Source: Lentimicrobiaceae bacterium | GTDB lineage: Bacteria > Bacteroidota > Bacteroidia > Bacteroidales > JAGONC01 | DNA: 64,000 nucleotides | Reading direction: 5' to 3' | NCBI GenBank assembly: GCA_017993235.1 | Contig: JAGONC010000014.1 | Coordinates: forward strand, 7,149-71,148 | Shown here: piece by piece, positions 10,983-20,559 of the stretch | Numbering within the stretch: the first letter of the stretch is position 1 | How the letters are laid out: every line of letters begins with the position of its first letter | The notes under the pieces: model-generated | Databases searched by the model: none | Seen by the model: the letters and a program-made list of their open reading frames with translations, nothing else | What the model was told of the DNA's origin: nothing | Position numbers and translations under genes: made by a program

Positions 10983-12041
10983 ATGAAACAGATGCTAAGA
11001 TATATCCCTGTGGTTTTATTCACATGGTTGATGATTGCACCTGCAATGACAACACTGGGCGGAAACAAAGACAGGTCGGGGGAAGCAGGAGCTTCTGAAT
11101 TGCTGATCAATCCATGGGCACGAAGTTCCGGATGGGGAGGCGTCAATACAGCAAACATCAAAGGAGTGGAAAGCATGTTCTCCAACATTGCCGGTACCGC
11201 CTTCATTAACCGGACCGACATTACCTTTGGCCATACTACATGGTTAAAGGGATCGGACATCAACATCTTCTCGTTTGGATTGGTTCAAAAAATAGGTCAG
11301 TCCGGTGCACTTGGAATCGGCGTCATGTCGATGTCCTTTGGAGATATTCCCATCACCACAGTCGATCTGCCTGAAGGTGGAATAGGTACCTTCTCCCCCA
11401 GCCTGCTGAATTTTGCACTGTCTTACTCCAGGATGTTCTCCAATAGCATTTACGGTGGTCTGCAGGTGAAACTGGTGTCGGAAAGCATTTCCGATATTTC
11501 AGCGGTGGGCTTTGCGATCGATGCGGGTATTCAATACGTTACAGGGGAAACAGATAATATTCATTTCGGCATCACCCTCAGAAACTGGGGTCCCACGATG
11601 CGTTTCTCCGGTGACGGCCTCGCAATCCGTACGCTTCTGCCCGGTCAGGAAAGCCAGTTTACTGTGGAACAACGAGCTGCTGCCTACCAGCTGCCATCCC
11701 AATTGAACATCGGAGCCGCCTACGATATCAACTTTAAAGGGGATTACCGCCTGACGTTCGCTGCAAATTTTGTGTCGAACGCCTTTGCCAAAGATCAGAT
11801 TACCGGCGGACTGGAATTCTCGCTGAAGGATTATCTGGTGTTACGCGGGGGATATACCTACGAAAACGGGATCACGGAGGATGCTGACCGTACAACGGTA
11901 TTCACAGGTCCCAGCGCAGGCTTTTCTGTACAGATCCCCCTCAAAAAGGAATCAAGCTCAAAATTCTACGTGGATTATTCATATACGGACACCGATCCAT
12001 TTGACGGGGTTCACAGGATTGGTGCTGGCATAAGCTTTTAA
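10983..12041 (+). CDS. PorV/PorQ-family outer-membrane beta-barrel protein
   Basis: Signal peptide. N-terminal GASELLINPWARSSGWGGVNTANIKGVESMFSNIAGTAF fits the PorV/PorQ signature (..fL.i...aRs.gmGg..va...d....f.NPAg.a). Alternating beta-strand pattern, terminal ...GAGISF. Confidence 0.6.
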   Translation: MKQMLRYIPVVLFTWLMIAPAMTTLGGNKDRSGEAGASELLINPWARSSGWGGVNTANIKGVESMFSNIAGTAFINRTDITFGHTTWLKGSDINIFSFGLVQKIGQSGALGIGVMSMSFGDIPITTVDLPEGGIGTFSPSLLNFALSYSRMFSNSIYGGLQVKLVSESISDISAVGFAIDAGIQYVTGETDNIHFGITLRNWGPTMRFSGDGLAIRTLLPGQESQFTVEQRAAAYQLPSQLNIGAAYDINFKGDYRLTFAANFVSNAFAKDQITGGLEFSLKDYLVLRGGYTYENGITEDADRTTVFTGPSAGFSVQIPLKKESSSKFYVDYSYTDTDPFDGVHRIGAGISF

Positions 12042-12223
12042 GGCTTGACGTTTTATCATCGTAGTTTCGGGACCGTATCACGTAAATCTTTTTAACTCCG
12101 GAGGCTATCAACCACAAAGCCCCAGACTGACCGTCGTGTGAGCTTTAGGATGAACATCCTTGCGAAGATCTTAAAATGAAACGGGTATACAGCCCCGATT
12201 TTTAATCTGTAAAAATCATAGTC

Positions 12224-12697
12224 ATGAAGTCGGTAAAATATTACACCCGGGAAGGGCTGGCAAAGCTGAAAGATGAGCTGGACCGGCTGACCTCGGTCGA
12301 GCGCCCTGCTATCTCCCGCCAGATTGCAGAAGCACGGGATAAGGGTGACCTTTCGGAAAATGCAGAATACGACGCTGCCAAAGATGCCCAGGGAATGCTT
12401 GAGATGAAAATATCCAAATTGCAGGAAGAGATCCAGAATGCCCGGATATTGGATGAATCAAAGCTTGACCACTCAAAGGTATTGCTTTTATCCACGGTGA
12501 AGATCAAAAACCTCAGGAACGATGCAGTCATGACCTATACGCTGGTTCCGGAAAAGGAGGCAAACCCGAAGACAGGTAAGATATCCGTGAGCTCACCCAT
12601 CGCAAAAGGTTTGCTGGGTAAATCCGTGGGCGAGATCGTTGAAATCGTTGTACCGGCTGGTACATTACCCTATCAGATCATTGAAATATCAAGATAA
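12224..12697 (+). CDS. greA: Transcription elongation factor GreA
   Basis: 157 aa. The coiled-coil N-terminal domain with DLSENAEYDAAKD and the C-terminal FKBP-like domain are typical of GreA. Confidence 0.92.
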   Translation: MKSVKYYTREGLAKLKDELDRLTSVERPAISRQIAEARDKGDLSENAEYDAAKDAQGMLEMKISKLQEEIQNARILDESKLDHSKVLLLSTVKIKNLRNDAVMTYTLVPEKEANPKTGKISVSSPIAKGLLGKSVGEIVEIVVPAGTLPYQIIEISR

Positions 12698-12726
12698 TTC
12701 ACTGCCTCATCCAAAAACCAATCACC

Positions 12727-13128
12727 ATGAGTTCCATCTTTGCACGCATAGCCAGCGGAGAGATTCCCAGCTATAAGATCGCCGCGGATGACCGTTTTTT
12801 CGCTTTCCTTGATATCAATCCCCTAACAAAAGGTCACACGCTCGTCGTTCCTAAAAAAGAGATAGACTATATCTTTGCCATGGACGATGCATGGTACAGG
12901 GATTTTTTCAGCTTTGCCCGGAAAGTGGCCATCGCCATTGAAAAGGTCGTTGATTGCAAACGAATCGGCATTGCCGTTGTCGGACTTGAAGTGCCTCATG
13001 CCCACATCCATCTGGTTCCCATGAACGATATGGATGACCTCGATTTCAAAAGACCCAAACTGGTCTTCACTCCAGAGGAATTCGCCGAAATCGCACGACA
13101 AATCTCAGATCAAATATCTTCAATCTGA
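12727..13128 (+). CDS. HIT-family (histidine triad) nucleotide hydrolase
   Basis: Histidine triad HAHIHLVP, GHTLVVPKK, 133 aa. Confidence 0.9.
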   Translation: MSSIFARIASGEIPSYKIAADDRFFAFLDINPLTKGHTLVVPKKEIDYIFAMDDAWYRDFFSFARKVAIAIEKVVDCKRIGIAVVGLEVPHAHIHLVPMNDMDDLDFKRPKLVFTPEEFAEIARQISDQISSI

Positions 13129-13140
13129 TATCAGATATCA
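13127..13140. repeat. Two tandem GATATCA heptamers between convergent HIT and purF
   Basis: ctGATATCAGATATCAg. The TGA stop of the + gene (13126-13128) and the TGA stop of the - gene (complement of 13138-13140) both lie in or against the repeat. Confidence 0.85.
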
Positions 13141-15039
13141 GTAGGGTCTTTCGCGGATTCCCTCGATATAATAGATGAACGCTTTATTGACGATTTTGTT
13201 CCCACCGGGAGTCGGATAATTGCCGGTGAAATACCAGTCACCCGTATGGTTGGGACAGGCCTGGTGCAAATCTTCGATGGTCTGGTAGATGATCCTGACT
13301 TCCGCCTGAAGAGCAGGTGTTATGAGAAGCTGAGATACTTTTTCTGAGATCTGTTCAGCGGTAAAGGGCCGGTAAATCTCTTTTACGACATTGACAACCT
13401 TTTCCTGGGGAAACTTCTCCTGCTCTTTTGCTTTTTTATAAACATGGTTGATCACACCGGACATGTTCTTATCCTTCAGCAGCTGGATTGCGGCCTGGAA
13501 TGCAATGAAATCATTGATCCTGGCCATGTCGATGCCGTAACAATCGGGATACCGTATCTGTGGGGCGGAGGAGGCTATAATGATCCTTTTGGGGCCCAGC
13601 CTGTCCAGTATGCGGATGATGCTCTGTCGCAGTGTGGTACCCCTGACGATGGAATCATCCACCACCACCAGGTTATCCAATCCCCTTCTTACCGTTCCAT
13701 ACGTGATATCATAGACATGGGTGACAAGGTCGTCGCGGTGGCTTTCCTGACTGATGAAGGTTCGTAGCTTGATATCCTTGACCGCTACTTTCTCAATCCG
13801 GGGTTTCAAAGTAAATAGCTTATCTAGCTTCTCACGGGTCAGGTTATTCCCCAGCTGCATGATCTGGTCTTTTATCTGGGAGTCGCAAAAAGCGTTTAAT
13901 TCCTCCATCAGACCCATGAACGCATCAATAGCTGTGTTGGGGATATAGGAAAAAACCGTGTTCTCAAGGTCATGGTCCACTGCTTTCAGGATCGCGGGAG
14001 CCAGCGCTTTGCCAAGTTTTTTCCTTTCCTGATAGATGTCAACGTCCGTACCCCTGGAAAAATAGATTCGCTCAAAGGAGCAGGCTTTTTTCGCCAGGGG
14101 TTCCATAAAGGGCACCTCATCTGCAGATCCATTGGCTTTAATGATCAGTGCATGTCCGGGTTGAAGCTCCCTGATCTGCTCCACCTGGACATTAAAGGCT
14201 GTTTGAATGACGGGTCTTTCCGAGGTGGCAACCACCACTTCATCGTCCCTGTAATAAAATGCCGGCCGTATCCCTGCAGGATCACGCACGACAAAGGCAT
14301 CTCCATGACCGAGCATTCCTCCGATCACATACCCGCCATCCCAGTGAGCGCAGGCATTGGCAAGGATCTTCTGCAAGTCGAGGTTTTCGGCTATTTTAAC
14401 GGTAATATCCTTTTTGAAATATCCCAGTTCCTTGAAATGCCGGTAGAGTTCCTCGTTGGCATCATCCAAAAAATGGCCGATATTTTCCAGGATCGTCACC
14501 GTATCGGATGTTTCAACGGGATATTGTCCATAGCCGACCAGTTTTTCAAAAAGGTCATCTACGTTGGTCAGGTTAAAATTTCCGGCGAGCACGAGATTGC
14601 GCGTCTTCCAGTTGTTATAGCGCTGCACGGGGTGAACATTGAGCAAGCCGTGCCTGCCAAAGGTTCCGTAGCGAAGATGACCGAGGTAAAGTTCCCCTGC
14701 AAAGTCAAAGTGATATTTCAGGAAATCGACATCCAGCAGTCGTTCCGGAGATCGTTCACTGAGTGCCTGGATTCTGTCGTACACCTCTGAGAATATGGTA
14801 TGCAGGGCTGTTTCCGAGTCGCTTCGGCTCCGGTCGATATAGTTATGCCCTGGTTCGAGGTTGAATTTCACGCAGGCGATGCCGGCTCCGTCCTGGCCTC
14901 GGTTATGTTGTTTTTCCATGAGCAGGTGCAGCTTGTTGAAGCCGTAGAACGCCGTACCGTAGTTGGCGATATAGTATTCGAGGGGTTTGAGCAGCCTGAT
15001 GAGTGCGATGCCGCATTCATGTTTGATGGATTCACTCAT
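13138..15039 (-). CDS. purF: Amidophosphoribosyltransferase (long Bacteroidota-type PurF)
   Basis: N-terminal ...KHECGIA (class-II Ntn amidotransferase Cys). PRTase motif VVVDDSIVRGTT. 633 aa. Confidence 0.9.
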   Translation of the reverse strand: MSESIKHECGIALIRLLKPLEYYIANYGTAFYGFNKLHLLMEKQHNRGQDGAGIACVKFNLEPGHNYIDRSRSDSETALHTIFSEVYDRIQALSERSPERLLDVDFLKYHFDFAGELYLGHLRYGTFGRHGLLNVHPVQRYNNWKTRNLVLAGNFNLTNVDDLFEKLVGYGQYPVETSDTVTILENIGHFLDDANEELYRHFKELGYFKKDITVKIAENLDLQKILANACAHWDGGYVIGGMLGHGDAFVVRDPAGIRPAFYYRDDEVVVATSERPVIQTAFNVQVEQIRELQPGHALIIKANGSADEVPFMEPLAKKACSFERIYFSRGTDVDIYQERKKLGKALAPAILKAVDHDLENTVFSYIPNTAIDAFMGLMEELNAFCDSQIKDQIMQLGNNLTREKLDKLFTLKPRIEKVAVKDIKLRTFISQESHRDDLVTHVYDITYGTVRRGLDNLVVVDDSIVRGTTLRQSIIRILDRLGPKRIIIASSAPQIRYPDCYGIDMARINDFIAFQAAIQLLKDKNMSGVINHVYKKAKEQEKFPQEKVVNVVKEIYRPFTAEQISEKVSQLLITPALQAEVRIIYQTIEDLHQACPNHTGDWYFTGNYPTPGGNKIVNKAFIYYIEGIRERPY

Positions 15040-15119
15040 GGGGGCGTGAAATAGCAGTGCAAATGTAATAATAATAGCGAGCGGGAGGGAGGGCTGCCGG
15101 TTAACTTAAACCTTTTTTT

Positions 15120-15127
15120 TACTTTTG
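15120..15127 (+). promoter_or_regulatory. Candidate Bacteroidota -7 promoter box TACTTTTG
   Basis: Matches the TAnnTTTG consensus, 28 nt upstream of the ATG at 15156. Confidence 0.35.
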
Positions 15128-15155
15128 CCCATATTTCAATGTAAGTTCCTCAACC

Positions 15156-16766
15156 ATGATCATCACCAGACTATTTTCATTGATATTCTTGTTTTTGGTA
15201 GCATCAGCCATCCATTTTTCAAGTGCCCAGACCGATCAACCCGACTGGGTCGCCGGGTACCCCGACGGGTGCACCTCCATCACCGTCGGGAAGCTTGCTT
15301 CCGCGGATGGCTCAGTCTATACGTCACACACCGACGACAGCCATCGCACACGCTCGGAGATCTGGATGACCCCTGCCAAAGACCACCCTGCCGGGGCAAC
15401 CACTCCGATGTTCAAACGGATCCCGTGCGACACCACCGCTATGCCTTCCTATGCCAATTTACGGATCGGCGAGATACCCCAGGTAGCGCATACGTTTGCC
15501 TTTATCAATTCAGCCTATCCCTGCATGAACGAACACCAGCTGGGCATCGGGGAATCCACCTTCGGAGGCCGCCCGGGTCTGCATTCCGACATCGGACTGA
15601 TCGACTGCCAGCGCCTCTGTCAGCTGATGGTGGAACGCTGTACTACGGCCCGCGACGCTATCCGGTTGGCAGGAGAACTGACGGCCGAATATGGCTGGAT
15701 CGACGAAGGGGAATGCCTCACCATCGCTGATAAGAATGAAGTATGGCACCTGGAGATCGTCGGCCCCGGAAAGGGGAAAAAAGGATCCATCTGGGTGGCG
15801 CAGCGCATTCCCGACGACCATGTGGGGATCAATGCCAATGCCAGCACCATCAAGGAGATCGATCTTAAAAAGCCGGATTACTTCATGGCATCGGAAAATA
15901 TTTTCCAGGTGGCCATCGACAGTGGCTGGTGGAATCCCGCCAGTGAAACCTTCCGTTTCTGCTATGCCTATGCACCGGAAAGCCGCACATCCTATGGATC
16001 CCGCCGCCGCGAATGGCGCGTGTTCGACCTGCTGGCCCCATCACTCAAACTGGACGCAAACGCTGAGAATTACCCCTTTTCCGTTAAACCGGACCATCCG
16101 GTGACCACACAGGATCTGGTGAACATCTTTAAAGACTACTACGAAGATACTCCCTATAATTTCATCAAGGACATCACGGTAACGGATGAAAATGGCAAAA
16201 CGGTCATCTCCCCTCTTGCCAATCCGTTTATGCCCTACGACATGAACAAGGTATTTAAAATTAACGGCGGCTGGGGATGGATGGGCGAACGAACCATCGC
16301 CCGCTGGTACACCATGTACGCCACCATCATCCAATGCCGCAGCTGGCTCCCCGATGAAATAGGAGGTGTGGCATGGCTGGCCATGGACAATGTGGCCACA
16401 TCCATCTACATTCCTGTCTATTGTTGTGTCACTGACCTGCCCCAGCCCTACAAAACTCCGGGGCGCACCAGAGGTTTCACACGCGAATCGGCATGGTGGG
16501 CCTTCAATTACCTGGGAACCCTGACAGCACAGCGCTGGGGTGATATGCGGCATGATGTGGATGCAGTCTGGAATCCCTGGCAGAAGGAACTCTTCGCAGG
16601 CCAGGCAGGTGTTGAGCAAAAAGCCCTGGAATTGTACAATCTCCGTAACCCACAGGCAACGATCGAGTTCCTGACCGGCTATACCCATGAATGGGGAAAC
16701 AGAGTGGTGAATAAGGCCTGGGAACTGGGCGATTACCTCTGGACAAAATATGATGAAAAATTCTAA
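15156..16766 (+). CDS. C69-family dipeptidase
   Basis: Signal peptide, then GCTSITVGKLASADGSVYTSHTDDS (the nucleophile Cys context of peptidase C69). 536 aa. Confidence 0.85.
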   Translation: MIITRLFSLIFLFLVASAIHFSSAQTDQPDWVAGYPDGCTSITVGKLASADGSVYTSHTDDSHRTRSEIWMTPAKDHPAGATTPMFKRIPCDTTAMPSYANLRIGEIPQVAHTFAFINSAYPCMNEHQLGIGESTFGGRPGLHSDIGLIDCQRLCQLMVERCTTARDAIRLAGELTAEYGWIDEGECLTIADKNEVWHLEIVGPGKGKKGSIWVAQRIPDDHVGINANASTIKEIDLKKPDYFMASENIFQVAIDSGWWNPASETFRFCYAYAPESRTSYGSRRREWRVFDLLAPSLKLDANAENYPFSVKPDHPVTTQDLVNIFKDYYEDTPYNFIKDITVTDENGKTVISPLANPFMPYDMNKVFKINGGWGWMGERTIARWYTMYATIIQCRSWLPDEIGGVAWLAMDNVATSIYIPVYCCVTDLPQPYKTPGRTRGFTRESAWWAFNYLGTLTAQRWGDMRHDVDAVWNPWQKELFAGQAGVEQKALELYNLRNPQATIEFLTGYTHEWGNRVVNKAWELGDYLWTKYDEKF

Positions 16767-16786
16767 CATCCTCTTATTGATCTGAA

Positions 16787-19432
16787 ATGAATATAAAAAG
16801 ATGGATCCCGGTTATTCTGACCGTCATAGGGTCATTCATAGTCATTCAGTTCGTGCGGGGGCAGAATGCGGTTTCCCCGGCTGTGGTATCACCGGCCGAC
16901 TTTTTCGGTTTTCAGCCAGGCTCCGATCGCGAGCTGTTCACCTATGAGAAACTCATCGATTATCTCAAAATGCTTGAATCCGACAGCGAACGGTTGAAAC
17001 TGGTGGAAATCGGACAATCCCCGATGGGTAAGCAGATGTATATCGCTTTTATTTCATCGGAGCAAAACATCAGGGATCTCGAACGGCTTCGTGAAATCAA
17101 CCGCAGGCTGGCTCTGGATCCGGATATTCCGGCCGGTGAGCTGGAATCCATGATCAGGACAGGAAAGGTATTTGTCATGACCACCCTTTCGATGCACTCG
17201 AATGAGGTCGCACCGTCGCAAACGGCTCCACTCATAGCATATGATCTTGTCACAACCGTAGATCCTCAGAAGCTTGACTGGCTAGGCCGGGTCGTATGGA
17301 TGATGGTTCCCAACCATAATCCGGATGGAATGGATATGGTGGTGGAGCATTACCTGAAATATAAAGGAACAAAATACGAGGGCAGTCCCATGCCCGGCGT
17401 GTATCATCAATATGCAGGACATGACAATAACCGGGATTTCATCAATCTCAGCCAGAAAGACACCAGGGCTGTCTCTTCCGTTTATTCGCATGACTGGTTC
17501 CCGCAGGTGATGGTGGATAAGCACCAGATGGGGCCGACCGGCATACGGTATTTCGTTCCACCGCCTCATGACCCCATCTCAGAGAACATTAATGCGGGCT
17601 TATGGAACTGGGTGAGTGTTTTTGGCACCCATATGCTGAACGATATGACCGCCGATGGGCTGAAAGGCATCGCACAGCGATTCATGTTCGATGACTACTG
17701 GCCGGGTTCGACCGAAACATGCAAATGGAAAAACGTCATCTCCTTCCTGACCGAAGGCGCCGGAGTACAGATCGCAAGCCCGGTCTATATTGAGCCTTCT
17801 GAGCTGAAGGTTTATGGAAAAGGGCTCTCTGAATACAAAAAAAGCATCAACATGCCCGAGCCGTGGCCCGGAGGATGGTGGCGGCTGAGCGACCTGGTCG
17901 ATTATGAAATCTCCTCATCGTATTCCATCCTGAAGACAGCTGCCACTTACGACAAGAGCATCCTTGCCTTCCGAAATGAATTGTGCAGGGCGGAGGTCCA
18001 AAAAGGCAAAACAGCGCCACCTTTTTATTATATCCTGCCCCTGCAGCAACATGACCAGGGGGAACTGGTCAGGCTGACAGCGCTCCTCAGGGAACATAAC
18101 ATAGCTTTATATCACTTATTGAGGGATATGAATATCAATGGCTCCCCCTGCAAAAAGGGAGATATCGTCATCCCGCTTTCGCAACCTTTCCGCCCTTTCA
18201 TCAAGGAGATCATGGAACGACAGCTCTTTCCCATCAGACACTATACCCCGGATGGTGAGATCATCAGACCTTACGATATCACCTCCTGGTCGTTGCCTCT
18301 GCACCGGGGAATCCATGCTATCGAGGTAAACGAGATCCAGCCGGGGCTGAATGAGATGATTGAACCCATTGCTGCGAATTTAACACTGAAAGAGAGCCCG
18401 CCTGCATCCTTCGATAAAATCATTTTTCCGGTCGAACGGAATGAAAGCTATGCCATGGCATTTTATGCCAGCTCCCTGGGATTGAAAACCGAAAGGCTGA
18501 CAGCACCGGTTGCAGTGAACGGAACAACCTGTTCTTCAGGTAGTTTCATCATTACCAGGGGAAATGATCTGGATAAACTGCTCGAAGAAAGCTTCGCAGA
18601 ACCCGTTTATGTATCTGACACAGTAAAACTTCCCGCTGAAGCTTTCCGCACTCCCCGTATTGCTTTGGTGGAATCCTGGTTTCATGATGCCGATGCAGGA
18701 TGGACCCGTTTTGTTTTTGACCAATACCATATACCTTTTACGGTTATCAGGCCGGGGGATTTTGAGAAGGCCGATTTTGCCGGTAATTATGATGTCGTTG
18801 TGTTTCCCAGTGAGGATAAATCGATCCTGATGATGGGAAAATACAAATCAGGTAATGAGTATATACCTGCCAGCTATCCTCCTGAGTTCACAAAAGGAAT
18901 GGGCGACAAAGGCATGGAAAAGCTGATGACCTTCCTTGACAGCGGTGGTATCATCGTTTCGTGGGGAGAGTCAACGGAGCTATTTGCTGGGTCTCTCTTC
19001 ATCAAAAGAAGTGAAACGGATAAGGAAGACTTCAAATTACCTTTCCGGGACATTTCATCTACGTTGAAAAAGCAGCAGGTTTTCTGTCCGGGCTCCCTGC
19101 TGAAAGTGGACCTGACAGGCAATCATCCCCTGACGGCTGGGATGCCGTTGAGTATAGGTGTGTTCTCAAGGGGAACTCCCGCATTTGAAACTCAGATACC
19201 GATTTTTGACATGGATCGCAGGGTGATTGCGAGTTATGCAGAAAAAGATATCCTGATGAGCGGATATTGCGAAAATGAGGAAAAACTGGCAAATCAGGCC
19301 GTGATGATCTGGCTGAGAAAGGGAAAAGGACAATTGGTGCTCTTTGGTTTTAACCCCCAGTTCAGGGCTTCGACGCAGGGAACGTACAAACTGCTGTTCA
19401 ATGCATTGCTGCTGAATCCGCTGGATCAGTGA
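16787..19432 (+). CDS. M14-family metallocarboxypeptidase-like protein (881 aa)
   Basis: Signal peptide. The zinc-binding context MHSNEVAPSQ (HxxE) and VPNHNPDG are typical of M14. Long C-terminal extension. Confidence 0.8.
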   Translation: MNIKRWIPVILTVIGSFIVIQFVRGQNAVSPAVVSPADFFGFQPGSDRELFTYEKLIDYLKMLESDSERLKLVEIGQSPMGKQMYIAFISSEQNIRDLERLREINRRLALDPDIPAGELESMIRTGKVFVMTTLSMHSNEVAPSQTAPLIAYDLVTTVDPQKLDWLGRVVWMMVPNHNPDGMDMVVEHYLKYKGTKYEGSPMPGVYHQYAGHDNNRDFINLSQKDTRAVSSVYSHDWFPQVMVDKHQMGPTGIRYFVPPPHDPISENINAGLWNWVSVFGTHMLNDMTADGLKGIAQRFMFDDYWPGSTETCKWKNVISFLTEGAGVQIASPVYIEPSELKVYGKGLSEYKKSINMPEPWPGGWWRLSDLVDYEISSSYSILKTAATYDKSILAFRNELCRAEVQKGKTAPPFYYILPLQQHDQGELVRLTALLREHNIALYHLLRDMNINGSPCKKGDIVIPLSQPFRPFIKEIMERQLFPIRHYTPDGEIIRPYDITSWSLPLHRGIHAIEVNEIQPGLNEMIEPIAANLTLKESPPASFDKIIFPVERNESYAMAFYASSLGLKTERLTAPVAVNGTTCSSGSFIITRGNDLDKLLEESFAEPVYVSDTVKLPAEAFRTPRIALVESWFHDADAGWTRFVFDQYHIPFTVIRPGDFEKADFAGNYDVVVFPSEDKSILMMGKYKSGNEYIPASYPPEFTKGMGDKGMEKLMTFLDSGGIIVSWGESTELFAGSLFIKRSETDKEDFKLPFRDISSTLKKQQVFCPGSLLKVDLTGNHPLTAGMPLSIGVFSRGTPAFETQIPIFDMDRRVIASYAEKDILMSGYCENEEKLANQAVMIWLRKGKGQLVLFGFNPQFRASTQGTYKLLFNALLLNPLDQ

Positions 19433-19454
19433 GAACATCCCTTTATCACCACTT

Positions 19455-19471
19455 CCCCTGTCATGCAGGGG
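19455..19471. terminator. GC-rich hairpin between convergent genes (candidate bidirectional terminator)
   Basis: CCCCTG-tcatg-CAGGGG, a perfect 6-bp stem, between the M14 stop (19432) and the kinase stop (19492). Confidence 0.45.
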
Positions 19472-19491
19472 CATTACCATTAAGATAATTC

Positions 19492-20559
19492 TTACATCGC
19501 CAGACAATGGCGGATCTGCTGCTGATGACAAAGCAGCTCCCTTACAAAGGCAAACTGTACCCTGGCCCTGTCGCGGTTGTGACCTGCCCTGTGAATGCGG
19601 AAGTAGGTGTCGCCAAGGATATGATCAGTGAGAAACCGAAGTCCGATGATAAAGGTCATATAGGCAGGAGCCAGCGGGAGCCATTCTTTTTCTTCCCGGG
19701 TAATGAACCCGGAAGCTGCCTGCAGGTAACCACGGGAGAATTCTTCAAAAATACGAGTGTCAAAATGGATCCGTGTCAGATCCTGCTCATCCTCGTCTGC
19801 AGTATTCCCTAAAGTCCGCACTGCATCCCCGAAGTCATAATGGATATACCCTGGCATGACGGTATCCAGGTCAATCAGGCATATGGCATTGCGATGTGTG
19901 TCAAACAATATGTTGTTCAGCTTGGTATCGTTGTGTGTCACGCGTAGGGGAAGTAGACCAGTAGCCATAGCCTGCTGAAGGGGAGCCAGCATCGGAAGGA
20001 TTTCCTCCACTGTTTCCCTTTCCGGTTCGACAGCAGCACAGCGGCTGGCAGGATCCTGAAGAATGGCATTCCGGTATTCCATCATCCTGAAATCCAGGTT
20101 GTGGAAACCGGGAATGGTTTCATGGAGATGGAAGTCCAAATCGGATAACAGGTATTGAAAATTCCCAATGGCCTTACCTGCTTCAAAAGCCATTCTGATA
20201 TCCGCGGGGTGATCATATGTCACGCTCTCAGGAATATATACGAACATCCGCCAGCAGTTTCCTTCATGATCTATGTAATGAGTCTGGTGCCTGGTCGTGA
20301 GGATCAGCTCGGGCGCGCGGTAGTTTTTTTCTGCCAGATGGACAGTCACCCACCGGATGTTCTCCATGAGCGCTGGTATATCCCTGAACACCTCGCTGCT
20401 GATCTTTTGCAGGATATAATCCGAAGCTTCCGGCTCAGTGGTTCTCACCAGCCAGGTTGTATGGATGTGACCGGATCCGTGGGGACGGTGGCTGCAGTAT
20501 GTACCTTTACAGGTGAACTGCTTAAAAATGAATGGGATATCTTTCCCGGTCATGCCCAT
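19492..20559 (-). CDS. APH-fold sugar anomeric kinase, N-acetylhexosamine 1-kinase (NahK)-like
   Basis: 355 aa. Catalytic loop HNDTKLNNILFD (HxDxxxxN) and metal-binding IDLD. Size and motifs resemble NahK more than aminoglycoside kinases. Start overlaps the stop of the upstream gene (ATGGGCATGA). Confidence 0.65.
   Translation of the reverse strand: MGMTGKDIPFIFKQFTCKGTYCSHRPHGSGHIHTTWLVRTTEPEASDYILQKISSEVFRDIPALMENIRWVTVHLAEKNYRAPELILTTRHQTHYIDHEGNCWRMFVYIPESVTYDHPADIRMAFEAGKAIGNFQYLLSDLDFHLHETIPGFHNLDFRMMEYRNAILQDPASRCAAVEPERETVEEILPMLAPLQQAMATGLLPLRVTHNDTKLNNILFDTHRNAICLIDLDTVMPGYIHYDFGDAVRTLGNTADEDEQDLTRIHFDTRIFEEFSRGYLQAASGFITREEKEWLPLAPAYMTFIIGLRFLTDHILGDTYFRIHRAGHNRDRARVQFAFVRELLCHQQQIRHCLAM

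Noticed and set aside
12042-12223. 182-nt spacer upstream of greA inspected for tRNA or small RNA
   Set aside because: I could find no cloverleaf-compatible pairings, conserved tRNA boxes or strong hairpin by eye. It is probably just the promoter and leader.
13972-14790. 272-aa + strand ORF inside purF; similar cases at 15125-15730, 16041-16769, 5738-6475, 42240-42899, 44634-45278 and 62389-63060
   Set aside because: All overlap strongly supported genes in other frames or strands and have low-complexity or Arg-rich translations. I treat them as non-coding shadow ORFs.
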